A DNA stretch of 64,000 bases from Fistulifera solaris (lineage: Eukaryota): contig AP026143.1 of NCBI GenBank assembly GCA_030295235.1, positions 186,001 to 250,000 of the forward strand, given 5' to 3'. Every line of letters begins with the position of its first letter. Positions within the stretch are counted from its first letter, which is position 1. A program made the position numbers and the translations under genes. The notes below the pieces were generated by a model that saw only the letters and a program-made list of their open reading frames with translations, was not told the DNA's origin and did not search any database. Below, in pieces: positions 61,201-64,000 of this stretch.

Positions 61201-64000
61201 CCCATAACAATCGTTTGCGACACTAAGCGCCTCTGACCCTCTTCTTTAGAAACCCTCGTAATCGACGAAAATATGCCGTTGGCCCCGAGAGCACCCGGAT
61301 TGACCTTCAAACCTGCCTGGTCCGAATTGAACGAGGCGGCACAAGAAAATTCGTCTTCAAGACCTTCGAGTGATTGACCGTCCTTAAGATCAGCTACAAC
61401 TGCCAATGATATTCGGATTCCTTTGCATAGAATTTGTGTAAGTCGCTCAAGCAGTAATTCGCTGTCGGTATCCAATGTACAAGCGAATGATCTATCGTTT
61501 TCGATTATGAGATGCAAAGCTTGAATAACTCCGTGAGATAAAGGGAGAATTAATCCGATTTCTTCACTTTGTTGCTGGGCGACAATAAAGTCAAGTTCAC
61601 TTTTCATTTGATCAAGACGAGAATCCAAAAGAGTGATTGTATCTTCCAAGAAGCGATACTTTTGAGCGTTGTTAGACATCGACTGACAGAATATCGCCAA
61701 CATTCGAGCACCAGAATCCGCCTCTCTTTGACGCGGAGACGAAGCCAGCACTAATGCACGGTCAAGAGAGCGTCGCGTGCACCTTCGTCTGCTAAAGCGC
61801 AAGGAAGCTCCAGCTCCGTGCACTTGTGAACAAGACCAAGGACACTTGTCAATACCGCATATGCCTGGGCACGAGACCCGTCCCATCGAGAATGCAAGAT
61901 TGAGAACAGAGCAGCAAATACTTCCGTCCCCACAAGCGCCTTCCGTATCATTGAACAGAAGTCTTCCTCGGTGCTGCTACGTGTTCTAACCCAAACAGCG
62001 CCTCGTTTTGCCACCAGTCTCTTGTCTAAGCCCGGCAAAGACATGTCCCGCGCTGAAAACAGTATCAGACTTTCCAGCATTGATAAGAAAAATGTTTCTT
62101 TGTCTTGCACCGTACCAGGGTATCCCAAGAAGTGCACCATATCACCAAGAAGAAAGTCTACAACAAAAGACGTCGACATAGGAAATGACCCCGATGCTTG
62201 CTCGGATATCATCAGTCGATCAATCAATAGAACAAAGTTCTCAAGTAAAGAGGACACGTATTCTTTTCCCGAAGTTTTAACAGCAAATGGAAGCATGTAT
62301 TTTATCATTTGCATTTCTGTTTCCATGGTTGGTAGGGCATAACAACTGAGAACTTGGTGTAGACTATGAAGTGCCGCAAGTCGCATTTGCGGTGATATAT
62401 GTACAAGGGCACTCTTCACAGCAGCCAAAGGAATAGAGGAAGCAACCTGCACCTGAAATGTAGGATCCGGCTTAGTACAAAGTCGTACAATTTCCAATTT
62501 CGCCCACAACACCCGATCACTGCGCGTCAGTCGATCGGCATCCCGTACCATGTCATCCGATGAAACACTGTACGATGCAAGCTCCTTCAGAAGCTCCGTG
62601 AGCCCTCCTGGAACCGACGGAACGCGAGGTAAGCAAAAAGCAGCCACCTGTTGTCGGGACGAAAATGGCTGGATGGTCACGAGTGCGTGCGCCAAACTGG
62701 GCACCCAGTCACTGTCCCGCGACACCAGCGTCTGCCACAAGTTGGCAATCGCTCCGCGATTGTTCCCTTGATTGCTTATGCCAACCAACAATTCGCTCAG
62801 CAGCGTTGAAGAGACCGGAGTATCTACCAAAGGCAACACTGCTTCCAACGCAATGTATTTTCCCTTGCGATGCGGCGGTTGTTCCATGATTCGATCCACC
62901 AGTGCCGGCAATTCTTGTGGTGGATGAACCTTGATCAAGGACTGAAAGAGAGCTGCCACCGCCTGAGCCAGCTTCCGACACGGAGGATTTTCCCACGATT
63001 CTAGCACAATTTCCATCAATTCATAGGGGACGGGAAACTCATGACTCGCACATCGACTGACGACCGTTCGCAGTGTTTTGAGTGCCATGGTGCGAACTTG
63101 AAGATCGGACGATTGCAATGCCGCACTTTCTAAAAATTCCATCACCGCGACGAGCTGTGTTTCTAGTTCTTCCCACAACACGGCGGCCACAAGACCCTGC
63201 AACAATACCACTTTGGGCAAGAGTGCCAACGAATGCAGATCTGGCCTCGACAATATATCATCCGTGCTTCCATCACGCTGCAACACAATCGCTCGGGCAT
63301 ACGCGACACACACAATGGGCAAGCGATCCGTCATGATGGCTCGACAAGTCAGCAATTGATACAAAAACGGAATCCATTGGGCCGCCACCGGTTGCGCTCG
63401 ATCGTCGTGAAGATTCTCTAAAATCGTCTTGACGACGGTCACCAACGCCACAGAATCTTGCATAAGATTCATGAACGACTGATCCAATATAGTTATTTCG
63501 GATAACTGGGTAGAGTATTGTTGTGCATAAAAGAAAAGAACGTTCAGGGTGTCCATTTGTACGGCCACGTCGAGCGACATCCAACTCAACGCTTCGGCTA
63601 TGGACGAGACCGGATCCTTCCAACAACACGTCGATGGAACGGACGCCAAAATGGACTGATACACAGCTTCATCTTCTTCGGTGGCTCGCAACAAAGACAA
63701 AACAGATTGCAGAGCTTTTCGTAACGGCAAGGGCGTTCTGTAAGATAACATCCATTCCAACAGCAGTCGATACAACGCCGGATCAATAACGTCGTTTGGT
63801 TGTTGTAAGACCCAACTTTTGAAGGCGTGCAATGCGTGCAATTGTTCTTTGATGGATGATGCTGTTGTTAACGCGTGAATCAGTGGCATCTCCTTTCGAA
63901 AAAGATCCACGGCTTGCTGCACGGAAGCGGTGGTCGTTCCGCCGCCTTGCCAACGTGCTTGATGGATGCACCCATCGTGCGGAAACGGAATGGGATCATC
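58249..64000 (-). CDS. THADA: THADA/Trm732 homolog (DUF2428, HEAT repeats), 5' end beyond the window; about 3 introns near 60.3-60.9 kb and a frameshift ~61755
   Basis: SWLLTREA, LKHIGA, LRRSTG, RIHALNVLRLI, WTVRNSSTMIFS, LLLLARIQP, IFEEEDHNSYME. The frame is open to the window edge. Confidence 0.88.

Noticed and set aside
1..64000. tRNA, rRNA or autonomous transposon genes
   Set aside because: No convincing tRNA cloverleaf with A/B boxes, rRNA signature, transposase, RT or integrase motif was seen by eye.

Overview
Eukaryotic, gene-dense nuclear DNA with short GT-AG introns (mostly 60-100 nt). Bipartite plastid presequences (signal peptide then Phe), RxL propeptide sites and diatom-type type-II LRR proteins point to a diatom, probably a raphid pennate such as Fistulifera (inference). 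About 30 protein genes are supported, including ELF1, a mitochondrial carrier, COG4, PDH E1-alpha, an RbgA-type GTPase, SPX-GDPD, two tandem X-family DNA polymerases, 5-oxoprolinase, a SulP-STAS-cNMP transporter, FNR, a P3A H+-ATPase, a bZIP, two tandem secreted Cys-rich proteins and THADA. Many genes carry 1-nt indels, mostly in homopolymers, which most likely reflect sequencing error. The main leads are: (1) an ORF-free, extensively base-paired ~700-nt element at 12.24-12.94 kb that looks like an unassigned minus-strand ncRNA; (2) the tandem PolX pair, which combines a lambda-type YF motif, no lyase lysine, a ~40-aa Loop1 and an N-terminal FHA-like/Cys4 domain; (3) the tandem RxLQ-processed 10-Cys secreted proteins next to an LRR surface protein; (4) several recurrent promoter motifs. 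All analysis was by eye, with no database searches or folding computation.
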